Source: Camelus ferus
Lineage: Eukaryota
Direction of reading: 5' to 3'
DNA: 64,000 bases
Assembly: GCF_009834535.1 (NCBI RefSeq)
Contig: NC_045696.1
Coordinates: 81,470,001-81,534,000 of the forward strand
The notes under the pieces are model-generated. The model saw only the letters and a list, made by a program, of their open reading frames with translations. It did no database searches and was not told the DNA's origin. The stretch's first letter is position 1. Each line of letters opens with the position of its first letter. Below, one piece after another: positions 29,200 through 42,209 of the stretch. The position numbers were made by a program, and so were the translations under genes.

Positions 29200-30000
29200 T
29201 TCCTTTTTATTTTTTAATTGAAGTAAAGTTGACATACAATATTATATCCATTTCAGGTGTACAATATAGTAATTGGACCTTTATATACATTACAAACTGA
29301 TCATCACAATAAATCTAATAACCATCTATCACCATACAAAGTTATTACAGTATTATTGACTATATTCTCTATGCTGTACATTGTATCTCTGAGACTTACT
29401 TATTTTATAACTGGAATTTTGTACCTTTGAATCTCCTTCACCTATTTCCCTCATTCACTGACCCCTATCCTCTCTGGCGACCATCAGTTTGTTCTCTACA
29501 GATCTGTTTCTGTTTTGTTCTGTTTGTTTTGTTTTTTAGATTCTACATATAAGTGAAACAATACAGTATTTGTATTTCTCTGTATGACTTATGTCATTTA
29601 GAATAGTGTCCTGAAGTTCCATCCATGTTGTTATAAATGGTAAGATTTCATTCCTTTTTATGGCTGAATAGTGTTTCATTGTAAATATATACCACATCTT
29701 TTTTTTTTTAATCTAAAATGAGTCTTTTTTCAGTTTATACATGGGTCTTGTTTTTTATCCATTCAGCCATCCTATGTGTTTTGATTGAAGCATTTATTCC
29801 ACTTATATTTAAAGTAATTATTGATAGGTATTATTATTGCTATTTTGTTGTTTTCTGGCTGTTTTGTAGTTTTTCTCTGTTTGGTTTCTTAAAAATATTT
29901 TCTAACTCTGTTGAAATTCTTACTAAGTTCATCCATCCTTCTCCCATGTTACTGAGTAATTTTATGACTATGACTTTGAACTCTTTATCTGGTAAATTGC
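29200..30000 (-). mobile_element. L1 fragments (3' end and ORF2)
   Basis: aattgaagtaaagttgacatacaat...ttccatccatgttg...ttttatggctgaatag. Confidence 0.75.
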
Positions 30001-30814
30001 TTGTCTTTATTTCATTTTGTTTTTTCTGAGGTTTTGTCTTTTACTTGGGCTTTTTTAAAACTAATGTATGTTTATGTCCCAGAATCCTATCCAGGATATT
30101 ATATTACATTATACTGCATGTCATGTTTCCTTGGGTTCCTCTTGGCTATGACAGTTTCTCAGACTTTATTTTGATGATCTCTACATTTTTGAGGAGTACT
30201 AGTCAAATATTTTATAAAATGTCCCTCTACTGGAATATGTCTCCTGTTTTTCTCATGATTAGACTGGGGATATAGGTTTAGGGATGAAGACTACAGAGGT
30301 GAATTGATGTTTTCTTCATATTAAAGGTACATATTATCAATATTTCTTTATTACTGCTGATTTTGACCTTGATCACCTGGCTGAAGTAGTGTTGATAGGT
30401 TTCTCCACTGTAAAGTCACTGTTTTTCCCTCTTCCTGTATTGTACTCTTTGGAAGATAATCACTATGCACAGTGAGGATTTATCCCTGTATTTAATTTTG
30501 ATGCTATTATAAATGGTTCCTTTAAAAAATATGTTTAATTTCTAATTGTCACTAACATAGAAATATAATTGATTTTCCTATTGGCCTTTATCCTCACTTA
30601 CTAATTCTAGTAGTCTCACTTGTTAATTCTAGTTCCCCTTTTATAGATTCTATGGAATTTTCAACTAGATGATAATTACATCGTGAATAAAGTAACTTCT
30701 GATCTGTATACTTTTTCTTTTTCTTATCTCATTGCAATGGGTAGGATCTCCAATACGATGTTGAATAGAAGTGATTACAGTGGGTATCCTGGTCTTGTTC
30801 CTGTTCTTAGAAGA

Positions 30815-31973
30815 TACGATAGGCAGAATTCTAAAAATGTCCTCTCAAATTCCCATCCTCTCATTATTCAATCAAATACAAGTATACCTTGTTTTATTGT
30901 GCTTCACTTTGTCACGCTTTGTAGATATTGCACTTTTACACATTGAAGGTTTGTGGCAACATTGAGTCAAGCAAGTCTATTGGTGCCATTTTTCCAACAG
31001 CGTTTGCTCACTTTGTATCTCTGTGTCATATTTTGGCAATTCTTGCAATATTTCAAATCTTTTCATAATTATTAAGTTTGTTGAGGTGATGTGTGATCAG
31101 TGATCTTTGATGTTAATACTATGACTTGCGGAAGGTTCAGATTATTGTTGGACTTTTTAGCAATAAAGTATTTTTAAATTAACGTACATACACTTTTAAA
31201 GACATGATGCTGTTGCACACTTATTAGACTACAGTATAGTGTAAACATAACTTTTACATGCACTGGGAAACAACAACAACTAATTGTGTGACTCAGTTAA
31301 TTGTGATATTCACTTAGTTGCAGTGGTCTGGGACCAAACCCAAAATATCTCTAAGGTATGCCTGCACTAATCTAGGTACTGCTGTGTAGAGACTCTGAAG
31401 ATGGAATTAAGGTTACTAATCAGCTTTACCTTAAATTAGGAAGATTACCCTGTGGGGCCCAGTATAATTACTTAAGCCCTTAAAAGTAGAAGAAGAAAGC
31501 AGAAAAGTCAGTTGGAGAGATGGTAAAAGGAGAAGGAGGAGAGGAAAGATGACGAAGAATGGGTGATCAGAGAGATTCAAAGCATAAGAAGTACTTGACC
31601 TGCCATTGTGCTGGTTTTGAAGGAGGAAAGGGTCCATGAGCCAAGAAACACAAGTGACTTATATAAGCTAAGAACAATCTCCATCTAACAGCCATCAAGG
31701 AAATAGGGACTCTAACAATAAAACTGCCTGGAGCTGAATTGTGCCAATAATCTGAATGAACTTGAAAGTAGATTCATCCTTAGAATCTCCAGAAAAAAAA
31801 CACAGCCCTGCTAAAACCTTGAGTTTGGCCTGCTAAAATCCAGAGCAGAGAACAGACTGAGCCACACTGTGCATGGACTTCTGATGTACAGAACGGTGTG
31901 ATTTTAAAATGGGCATTATTTTAGGACACTAAATTTGTGGCAATTTGTTATGGCACAATAGAAAAGAAATACA
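30815..31973 (+). mobile_element. MLT1 (MLT1E-like) LTR inserted in an old L1 and itself interrupted by Tigger1
   Basis: gataggcagaattctaaaa...aatttgtggcaatttgttatggcacaatagaaaagaaataca. The host L1 text resumes across the insertion. Confidence 0.75.
30879..31364. mobile_element. Internally deleted Tigger1
   Basis: TIRs caagtatacct / aggtatgcctg after TA. Internal ttgaaggtttgtggcaac...caagcaagtctattggtgccatttttccaacagc. Confidence 0.8.
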
Positions 31974-33920
31974 GAGAGAATACAATCAGTCTTTCACTGT
32001 TGAGTATGATGTTAGTTGTTTTTTGTTCCCCCACAGGTGTCCTTTATTGGGTTGAAGAAGTTCCTTTGTATTCTTAGTTTGCTGAATGTTTTTCTTAGGA
32101 ATGGGTATTGAATTTTGTCAAATGCTTTTTCCTGTATCTATTGAGATGATCATATGTTTTTCAATATTTTTCTGTTAATATAGTGAAATATATTGATTTT
32201 TTCTATTTTTTATTAATATTCAGGAAACTCATGACAACAAATGGAGGTTTTCATGTAAAACACATAAAAGGAATAGGCTGGCAAAAGGACTCACTATGGT
32301 ATGGCAAAATTATTTATGCTGAGTGGATGAGTATTGATCCTTATTTTTTATCTTTTCTTAAGTAACAACTTTATTGAGTTGTAATTCATGTACCATATAT
32401 TTCCCCCTTTAAAATGTACAATTCATTGATTTTTAATATATTCAGAGTTGTGCAACCATCACATTATCTATTTTCAGTACATTTTCATCACCCTAAATGA
32501 AGCCCTGTACCAATTAGCAGTCATTTCTTATTCTGCCCAACACCTATGCCCTGTCAACCACGAATCTACTGTCTGTTTCTATGGATTTGCCTATTCTAGA
32601 CACTTCACATAAATGGAATCAGTCAACATGCAGCCATTTGCGACTGGCTTTTTTTCATGTAGCATAATTTCAAGGTCTGTCCATATTGTACTATTTATAA
32701 GTACTTTAATCCTTTTTATTCCTGAATATTCCATTATATGGAATAGCACATTTCATTTATCTGTTCATCAGTTAGATGATGAACGGATAAATTAAACAGT
32801 TTTTTTTCTATAATGAATAATGCTGTTATGAACATTGGTGTACAAGTTGTTTTTGGGGGGATGTATGTTTTCAATTCTCTTGGGTATATAACTAAGTGTA
32901 GAATTGCTGGATGTTGAATTTTGTCAAATGCTTTTTCTGCATTTATTGAGATAATCATATAATTTGTATCCTTCATTTTGTTAATGTGGTGTATCACATA
33001 GATTGATTTACATATGTTGAACCATCCTTGCATCCATGGAATAGATCCTTTTAATGTACTGATTTAAGTTTGCTAATATTTTTGTGGAGGATTTTTGCAC
33101 TACGTTTCCTAGGGTTATTAACCTGTTATTTTCTTTTCTTATAGAGTCCTAGTCTGGTCTTGTTATCAGAGTAATGCTGACCTCATAAAATTAGTCTAGA
33201 AGTGATCCCTCCTCTTCAACTTGTTGGGAAAGTTTATAAAGGATTAGTGTTAATTATTCTTTAAATGTTGGTATAATTCACTAGTGGAGCCATCTGGTCC
33301 TGGACTTTTCTTTGTTAGGAGGTTTTGATTATTTGTTTAATCTCCTTATTTAATTGATCTCTTCAGATTTTCTATTTTTCATGATTCAGTCTTGGTAGGT
33401 TGTATGAATCCAATAATTTATCCATTTCTTCTAGGTTGCCCAATTTGTTAGCATTTAATTATTCATGTGTGCTTGATAAGAATGTGTTTTCTGCTACTAT
33501 CAGGTGGAATGTTTTGTAAATATTGTCCATCTAGTCAAACAGGTAGTTTTAATCCAATGTTTCCTTAATTATTTTCTGTCTGGATGATCTATCCATTGTG
33601 AAAGTGGGATATCGAAGTCCCCTACTATTAATGTATTGTTATCTAGTTCTCCCTTTTGGTCTGTTAATATTTGCTTTAAAAATTTAGGTGCTCCTATGTT
33701 GGGTGCATAAATATTTATAAATTTTAATCATCTTTCTGGATTGACCCCTATATCATTATATGACCTTCTTTGTCTCTTATTACAGTCTTTGTCTTAAAGT
33801 CTATTTTGTCTGATATAAGTATAGCTACCCCAGATTTCTTTTGGTTTCTATTTGCATGGAATATCTTTTCCACTCCTTCACTTTCAGTCTGTGTGTGTCC
33901 CTAAAACTGAAGTAAGTCTC
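31974..33920 (-). mobile_element. Composite L1 fragments (ORF2 remnants)
   Basis: Minus-strand ORF 32734-33033 reads [10 protein letters not shown]...IHHINK...[14 protein letters not shown], from the L1 reverse transcriptase region. Confidence 0.85.
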
Positions 33921-34634
33921 TTGCTTTAGCTTTAATCAACATCTATATACTGATGATTCATAAATGTTTATCTCTAAAATATAACTCTCTCCCACGGGAA
34001 ACTTAAACTTGATCTACCCAAAAATGAACTCAACTTTCCCTGGAAATTTATTTTTTCTCTTATATTTTCTATCACAACAAATGGTGCCAACAAATCTTCA
34101 CAGTTTTTAACTTGACTCTTTCCTCTTTACTTCCTGTGTCTCCCTTCACATTTTGACCCTCAACATTCAATTAATTATGACATTCTTTGCATTATCCCTT
34201 ATAATTTTCCTGAATCTGTCTTCTCTGTATTCTCATAGTCACCACCTTTGTTCACCAACATAAATATTCCTTACTATTGGTTTTGTTTTTCCAACATTTT
34301 ATCACCCTAAAAAAATTAATTCTTATCACAACCAGAAAGGACTTTCTAATTAAAAAATACTGTCTTGTCATTTTTTATGTGTACTGTTTCGATGTTTCTC
34401 TATTGCCCTTGGGAGAAAATCCATATTCACCCATCTCTTTTTAGAATACACACCACTGACACTAAACCATATGCAGTCCAGGATGATGCCACAATTCTGT
34501 GAGCTATAGGCCCTTGTACTCCTAATCCCTTTGCTTAAAATGCCTTTTCCAAATACCTCATCATTGCTAACTTTTACTCATTTTTCAGATCTCAAATTAA
34601 GATATCGTCCCCAGATAAGTAGTGTTAAAATCTC

Positions 34635-34930
34635 CTAGACCTGTGATGTCCAATATGATAGCCACCAGTCATACATAGCTACTGAACACTTGAATGTGGC
34701 TAGTCTGGACTGAGATGTATGCTACACCAGATTCTGAAGGCTTAGTATAAAAAATGAAAAATTATCTTATTAATAATTTTATATTGGTTACAAGTGAAAT
34801 AACATATTGGATGTATTGGGTTAAATAAAATATATAATTGAAATTAATTTCATCCTTACTTTTTTATGTGGATACAATAAAACTCAAAATTACATGTGAC
34901 TTGCATTATATTTCAACTGGACAATACCTA
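34635..34930. mobile_element. MER33/MER3-like hAT-Charlie element
   Basis: tgtccaatatgatagccaccag...gaacacttgaatgtggctagt...ttatatttcaactggaca. Confidence 0.7.
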
Positions 34931-35110
34931 GACTAGATGAGGAGGACCAAGCCCCTTTTTCCAGCACCCCGTAGTAAATTCTTTAGCAGCATTTATTGTA
35001 CCTGTTAAAATTGCTTCATTATATCTTGCACTGGACTGCAAGCACCTAAAGAACAAGGGGCTATATTGGTCAACATGGTAATCTCACTGCTGAGGGCACT
35101 AAAATAAAAA

Positions 35111-35725
35111 CAGTCAGTCCTCATTATTCATGGATGCCATATTTGTGAATATGCCTAGTCACTAAAATTTACTTGTAACCCCAAAATCAATACTTGCTGT
35201 GCTTTCACGGTCATTTGTGGACATTAACGGAACAGCAGATTTGAGTCATCCGATACATATTTTCCTAGCAGAGGTCAAACAAAGCAATGCTCTACCTTCT
35301 TGTTTCAACTATCAAACTGTAAACAAGTGTTCTTTTCACAGTCTATTTGTGCCACTTTTTCACATTTTTGTGACTTTTGTCATTTTTGTGTCAGTGATTT
35401 TGCTGTTTAAAATGGTCGCCAAGCACAGTACTAAAGTGCCATCTAGTATTTCTAAGTTCAGGAAGGCTGTGATGTGCCTTATAGGGAACATATATGTTTT
35501 ACAAAAGCATCCTTTGAGCATAAATTATGCTGCTGTTGGCTGTGAGTTAAATGCTAATTAATCAATATATATTAAATAAGATGTCTTCAAACAGAAATAC
35601 ACATAAAGCAATATGTTGGTTAGCTGATTAAAATGTTGTGACCAGAGGCTCACAGGAACATAACTCTCTATTTCCCCTAGGAGCAATGGTTCAGTATTTG
35701 CTAATTCAGTGTTCCAGCAACTTTA
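35111..35725. mobile_element. MER82-like Tigger element
   Basis: cagtcagtcctcattattcatggat...ctaaaatttacttgtaaccccaaaatcaatact...tatttcccctaggagcaatggttcagtatttgctaattcagtgtt. Confidence 0.7.
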
Positions 35726-36889
35726 CGAGATTTGTTGAATGAATGAGCTAGATCATTTGATTCCAGTCCAAATCTTGTGAGAATGCAGTATATGGTGGTA
35801 TACAGGTAACATATAGTAGTATATGGTGATAATGACTGTGGAGCCAAACTGTCTTAGAGTTCAGTCCTGGCTCTCTGACTTGCTAGCTATGTAATTTGGG
35901 GCAAATTGCTTAACATTTCTCTGCCTTTTTCCACAACTAAAAATGTGAACAGATAGTTTCTAAAGGTTGCCAAGGGCTGGGTGTAGGGGAGAGAAGTGAC
36001 CAGAAAGAGGCACAAACTTTTGAAATAAGGGAAATATCCTATACCTTGATTATAGGATCATAGTGGTAGTTATATAACGTCCTATGTTTTTCAAAACTCA
36101 TATAATTAAAAAGGGCAAATTTCAGTTTGCATAAATCATAACAAATTTGAGGTTAAAGAAGAAGTAACAGTCAAGATTAAAGGAATAATGCACATAAAAC
36201 ATTTAATGTACTAACTGCTTACATACTTTTTAAATATTGGTGCTTATTCTAACAATAAACGACAGGTAAAGGTTAGGTGGCATAAGGAAAATGCAGAGTG
36301 GATTCATGAACCAGAGCTCTGATCTGGCTCTTTCACATATTAGCAGCTGAGCTCAGGTTATGGGAGTTCGCTTGCTTATTGTAAAGGTTAGACTGGACAA
36401 CATGTGTGAAATGTCTGTGTAAAAAAATAAACCATAGTGCCACATAGGAATGTGAGAAATGGGATTTTTCATGAAATAGTGATACAAAATCTCAGGGCCA
36501 CATAAACTGGGGTGTAAAGGTCACCCCTCTAAGTAGGAGAATGTGGTGGGCTGTGAAGCCAGTGAGAAAAGGGGAAAGCAACTCTTTTTAAGAACCTTGG
36601 TCCTAATCCTATTCAAGGCGCTATTGGCTCGAGGTTGATTCCAAGACAACCCAACTGCTCATTTAATGAGGTACGGACATACCTCAAACTGGAAGGAATG
36701 CCAAAGCCAGAAGGAAGGAAGAGCTGAGTTTGGCAGAACATCTTTTTGCTGGACGATGCAGTAGGAGTTAGGCACCACTCGCCTCCACCATGCCATAACA
36801 GCTTCTGGTGTGAGGAGTGAATTAGGTAATTTCACAGTTGCTTTTTAGTTCGTGGATGTCTCCGGAGTTCCCACCCCAAAGTGCTCTGC

Positions 36890-38110
36890 TGATCCGGCCG
36901 GGCCACCAGTGGCAGTCGCTGCCAGAATCTTATGAGTACCTAGGGTCCCCTGCGGAGCCAGCAGCGGGAGCCGGGTAATAAAATACTTCACTCAGGCTTT
37001 TCCTCGAGGAACAAGCGTGGTGTTGAACGCCAAGTAGGGCTGCATGTTGGGACAGAAGTTGGAACCCAAAGTTCCCTCCACAGCCACGAGGGACATCCGT
37101 TGAATTCGAGCGCCTCGCGAGTTCTGACAGCTGTCACGTGACAACCACCACGCACCTGAGGGCAAGGGCCAACCAGTGAGCGGCTTGCTTCCCGTTACCT
37201 TCGACTGGGACCCAAACGCAAGGAACGAACCTGAAAGTTTGAGGAAGCAAGTTTCCTCGCCAGTGAGTTTGCCCTCAGCAACCGGACTCCAGAAAGTGCT
37301 CTTCATGCCGGAAGTGCACTAATCCGCAGCACGTGGGGTTGCCAGGGCACTCTTCACGTGACTGGGCGGGGCCTCGAGAACCTTATAGCCAATGGTAGCG
37401 CGGGAGGGCGGTTCCTATGACGCGCCGGGACCTATCCCGGAAGTGGGACTGGGGTGGGGGTGGGAAAGGGCGGGGAGGCCGGGGTGTGGAAAGTGTGGCG
37501 GCCCCGCCCCGTCTCTCGGAACTGCCGCGGCCGCCACCGCTGCCGCCGCCGCAGCTGTAGGGGACCGGCGCGGGTGCGCAAGCGAAAGGCACTCTTTCCC
37601 TGCTGAAAGGTGAAGGCATAGAGAAAAGCTGGTGGGGTTGGGACCGGAGCAAGGCAGGGCCGGGGAAGGCAGCCGGAGCCGAGCTCTGACCGAGAATGGA
37701 AGGAAGGATGGATGAGGGACCGAGGCGAGCGCTGGACCCGCCAGGGCTCAGGCCCGTGCGGCGCCGGGCCGGGCATGCGGGCAGGACAGGGGGCGTCTGA
37801 GAGGTCGGGGTGACGGCGCGGCCGGCTGGGGGAAGGAGTGCGCGCCGGCTGCCAAAGGGCCGGGTGCTGCTAGCCAGGTCCTGTTATTCTCATCCTTCGC
37901 GGGGACGTGCGGCCTGGGCTGGGCTGGGCCCCCCGCCGTGGGGATCCGGGCGGCGCGGAGGGCGGGCGGCGCGGTGCGGAAAGGTCTTTGGCTTCTCCTG
38001 CGATGGGACGGTGGGGGCCGGGATTTCCAGCCCTCAGCGCAGGTGAACGCCTTGGGCGGGTATCCCCCACCCCCAGCGAGCTCTTCTGCGACTTCCCTCC
38101 CACCTCCCGA
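36890..38110 (+). promoter_or_regulatory. EIF5A2: EIF5A2 CpG-island promoter: E-boxes (37135, 37330, 37355), ETS CCGGAAGT (37308), GC boxes, CCAAT (37389)
   Basis: High GC and CpG density upstream of the first coding exon. Motifs read directly. Confidence 0.85.
37515..37609 (+). other. EIF5A2: EIF5A2 non-coding exon 1 (start approximate)
   Basis: GCC-rich leader after GC boxes, ending at the donor GAAAG|gtgaag. Confidence 0.65.
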
Positions 38111-38322
38111 CTAGTGGATGGAAAAGTTTGTAGAGGCCAGAGTTAGAAAGTCCCCATTATTATAGGTGGGTGTTCTATAAATGCAAAAATAATAGATCCA
38201 TGATGCTTGGCTCGTAACCTATCCGAAATGAGGCGTTTGCCTGCCTGCATGCCAGTTGTTAAAAAGCAAGCAAACTTTTTGCATAGTTCCTTCAGAAAAG
38301 CAACCATCTCCCCCAGCCTACC

Positions 38323-38487
38323 ATGGCGGATGAAATTGATTTTACTACTGGAGATGCTGGGGCTTCCAGCACTTACCCTATGCAGTGTTCGGCCCTGCGC
38401 AAAAACGGCTTCGTGGTGCTCAAAGGACGACCATGCAAAATAGTGGATATGTCAACTTCGAAAACTGGAAAGCACGGTCATGCCAAG
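38323..38487 (+). CDS. EIF5A2: eIF5A-2 first coding exon ([27 protein letters not shown]...[12 protein letters not shown]), containing hypusine Lys50
   Basis: Kozak accATGg, hypusination motif [12 protein letters not shown], donor AAG|gtaaat. The exon probably begins at 38287 (catag|). Confidence 0.98.
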
Positions 38488-39034
38488 GTAAATGCCCTTC
38501 CAGGACTGTCTTGGCATTGGGATTTTGATCCTTTGCATTCCGTTACAGAACATGAGGTTTCTGTACTTACAACTGTATATAATAACACAATTTTTTCATC
38601 CCATAATTACTGGGTGATCAGCTGTTTGAATACTGAAAGGTAGCATTTCCCTCCTGGGCCCTTATGTTTCATTTACTAGGAACTGAAACTTTCCTGAATC
38701 CTAGTGATTTAGGCAATCTATTCATTTTACAAATGAGAAAACTTGTTCTAACATCATTCTAAGAAACCTAATTTCATTTTTCTTAAGCACTTTACGATTG
38801 AATTGAACTGTATATTGCTATTGGGTCTTGCTTGATATGTCACGATACTGTTTAGTTGTTCACTGCTTCTCAATTGTATGACCAGTACATTTTTTTTTTA
38901 AGAAAGTAAAATTAGATGACCTTGGAAGCAGAAAGAATCTGCCATAATCAGCGTTGGTATTGTGCTCTTGTGTATGTAATGAGTGATACCTTGGCAAAGA
39001 TTAAACAGGTTTCCTGTTCTCTCCTCTCTGTTAG

Positions 39035-39139
39035 GTTCACCTTGTTGGCATTGATATTTTCACGGGCAAAAAGTATGAAGATATTTGCCCTTCTACTCAC
39101 AACATGGATGTTCCAAATATTAAGAGAAATGATTATCAA
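39035..39139 (+). CDS. EIF5A2: eIF5A-2 coding exon 2 ([35 protein letters not shown])
   Basis: gttag|GTT ... CAA|gtaagt. 105 bp. Confidence 0.98.
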
Positions 39140-40229
39140 GTAAGTACTAATTTCTCCTTGTTTCTTAAAGGTGCAAATACCCTCTGCTCTCTATTGTAAT
39201 TTAATAACACCCACAAGTAGTTTTCTAGGTTTTTCTAACTATTAGCTACCACTTAGCTTAGAAATTGGAGAAATAGTGATATTGATATTTAACACTTGTG
39301 CCTTATCTAGGATGATTGCTAGTTTGCCACTTTTAACATTCTTGCATTTATAAAAATTTGAACACTTATTATTTCTCAGAACAAGTGACTCCATATTGTG
39401 AGTTTAATGTTTAGTTAAATTATTATTCCCTTTGTTGTAGATTATTTCAAGTTTAGATAACTCCTTCCCAGGTATTTCTTTTCCCTTACCAGACTTAAGA
39501 CTTTTAAGAACTTATTGGACTTCATGTTCCACCAGCAAGTTTTTGTATATTAATGTGTGTCAGAATTTGGTATTCTTAAATAGAATAAGTTGAAAGCCAT
39601 AAATACAAAGGATAAAGTATATGGTCACTGAGTATGGTAAAGAAAATAAAAAAACTTTGTAATTGTTTTATTTATATTCAGTGACCATGCTGTGACCTTT
39701 TGTTAAATTATAGGTATAAACTGCAAGTTTTAGTTCCAGTTACACAGTTGGATAAGTCATGTTTAATGATAGCATTTTGTTGTTTGGAGTGCTGATGGCA
39801 ACCAAACCATTGACCTCATAGGATGTGGGAGCTCAGATTAATCCTAACTAAAGTCTTCTTGAAAGTCTTCAATTTCTTTATCAAGCATACTGTCTATAGA
39901 ACTCTTTTCTATTCATTTTGCATAGTGAAAAATGCAAATGTGATTCCTGGATTTGTTTTACCCAATTTAAATTGATTACTTTCTATACTTTATATTGTGT
40001 TGTATAATTCTTTAAAAATGTTACCATTAACTGCAATTATCCAATGATTTCCTTTTACTTTTTGTCCACATGTAAACATATTTTACACAGTTTTAATCTA
40101 GTAAGCAGTTTTATATTTTCATTTTCCTACTTATCATAAACATTTTTAGGTTGCTTTGGAGTCTTTGTAGAAATGTGAATTGTCTTAGTATAATAATAGC
40201 AAGGTTTTGGAGGTGGGTTGTTTGCTTTT

Positions 40230-40365
40230 TTTTTAAGTAAGGCAGATCTGGGTTTGGATCTAGTTCTGCCACTTTCTAGCTGGGTGACCTTGGGCAAATT
40301 ATTCAACCTCTCTGAGCCTCAGTCTTCTCATCTACAAAGCAGGGATAATATGAGGATTAAGTGAA
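40230..40365 (+). mobile_element. MIR SINE
   Basis: ctgggtgaccttgggcaaattattcaacctctctgagcctcagtcttctcatct. Confidence 0.8.
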
Positions 40366-40822
40366 AAAATCTACCCTATAATTACCTCATAAGCAGATAT
40401 GTACCACAAAGTAGTTCTTTCCTGCTTCCCCTTTTCCAGTATGAAAATTCCACTTAATCATTCCATTATTCTTAGAGCACCCAATTTAGACATGGCATAC
40501 AGTGGGTGCTCAATAAACATTTGTTAAAGGCATACATGATTATTCGATGAGATAAAGATAGTGCAGCCAACTAAGGCTAAGTATAGAATTTCTCCTTGCC
40601 AAAAGTGGATTTCTGTTTTCATACTAACATGTGAATGCTTTGAATATTCACTGTTCATTAATATTCATTCAATATACAATGCTTTTGCCTTTGACTATTT
40701 CAGAAAGATGGTATCAGTAGTTCAGATAACTACTATGATCAAATTAGCCTATCATTGATTGGAGCTCAAGATTTAACATAAAAAATAAATTTGGTTTTGG
40801 TTTTGTTTTGGGATATAGCAGA

Positions 40823-41122
40823 GCCTAGGCTAGGGTGAGGGGGATGACATGAGTGAAGCCCTTGCCTCAAGCACAAAATTTTAAATAAAGACAGGACCAG
40901 TAACAATGGCAAGCCACACGGAGGCCTAAGTCAAAAGGAAAAATCAGTAATTCTGATCCTGTCTTTATTTAAAATGTTGATACTTTGTTCACCATAGAAT
41001 TTTTGCATTAATTCTAATTTTAAAACTTGATCACTTTGGGGGGGGGGGTGCGCACGTGCACGTGCCATCTTAAGTTTTGCACCCAAAATGAGTCCTCACT
41101 TGCCTCACCCTAGTCCCAGCCT
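40823..41122. mobile_element. MER96B-like hAT element
   Basis: Inverted termini ggctagggtgagg / cctcaccctagtcc. Confidence 0.65.
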
Positions 41123-42209
41123 TGGTGTGTAGTCTGTGTTGCAGAGTGGATAAGACAGTGACTCAAGCAGGACAGCCTGGGCCCACATCCTTGCTTTGGC
41201 ACTTACTAATTGCGTGACTTCTGCTGGCAAGTCAGTTAACCTCTCACCTGCCTTTATTTATAAAATAGGGATAAGAATGATAAACTTATCATGGAATCAT
41301 TGTGAGGTTTAATTAGTCAATTCTTAGAACAGGATTTGCATAGTAGGTACTCAGTGATCACATCCCTTTATTATCAAGTCACCATAGAATACTTATTTCT
41401 GTTCATTTAAAAAATTAGTTCTATGAACCTTTCTGGTTATATTTATTGTGCTATGGTGGTCTTCACTCACCTATCCAAGTGGCTTGATTAAATTCCTACT
41501 TATTATTTGGCTACATGTAGTCCTTTGTATTTGTACACACATATATATATGTTCATTATAATAATTAAAAAGTAAGTCTTTGTTTAGGGGAAGAAACATA
41601 TTAATATTTACAGTTTTAACTTTATGTGTTTTAAAATGAGTTCAGAATGAAAGAAAATTGTCTCCTGAATTCCACCCCAAGATATTGGATTAGAATTGCT
41701 CATTTCCATCATTTCTCCCAAAAGTAGTGATTGTTGTCTGAGGCTCAGTGATCATGTAAAATACAAATGCACCCAAACACCTTTGGGAATCCCCAGACTC
41801 TTAAATATAGACATGCTTGTTCAAACTCTGGTACTCACTTGAATCATATTTCCTTAGAAAGTTCTGTGTTCATGTGCACCACAACCCAAGTTAAATGCCT
41901 TTTCTGTATTTACAAAGTTCTATCTGTCATTTAAAGACCATTTTTTCAGAAGGAAATCCTACCAGTACAAGACATGTTTAAGTATATATCGTGGATCTTT
42001 GGTGAATTGCCAGAACTATGAGTATTAAATCCTAGTATATTCTTCAAATAAGTGATATGCCTTTCAGATATGGAGTTGAATTTTGTTGTTGCAACTTAAA
42101 ATAGAACAACAAAGAAATTAATGATGCTCTGAATTATTTGTGCCTAAAGTCTTTTTATAATTTTTACCTGTTCTGTGGAATCTTTGTGTTCCCTGATAGA
42201 AGCAGTCTT

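Noticed and set aside
36992..38146. Several ORFs in the EIF5A2 CpG island
   Set aside because: Stop-poor GC-rich sequence giving low-complexity Arg/Gly/Pro products.
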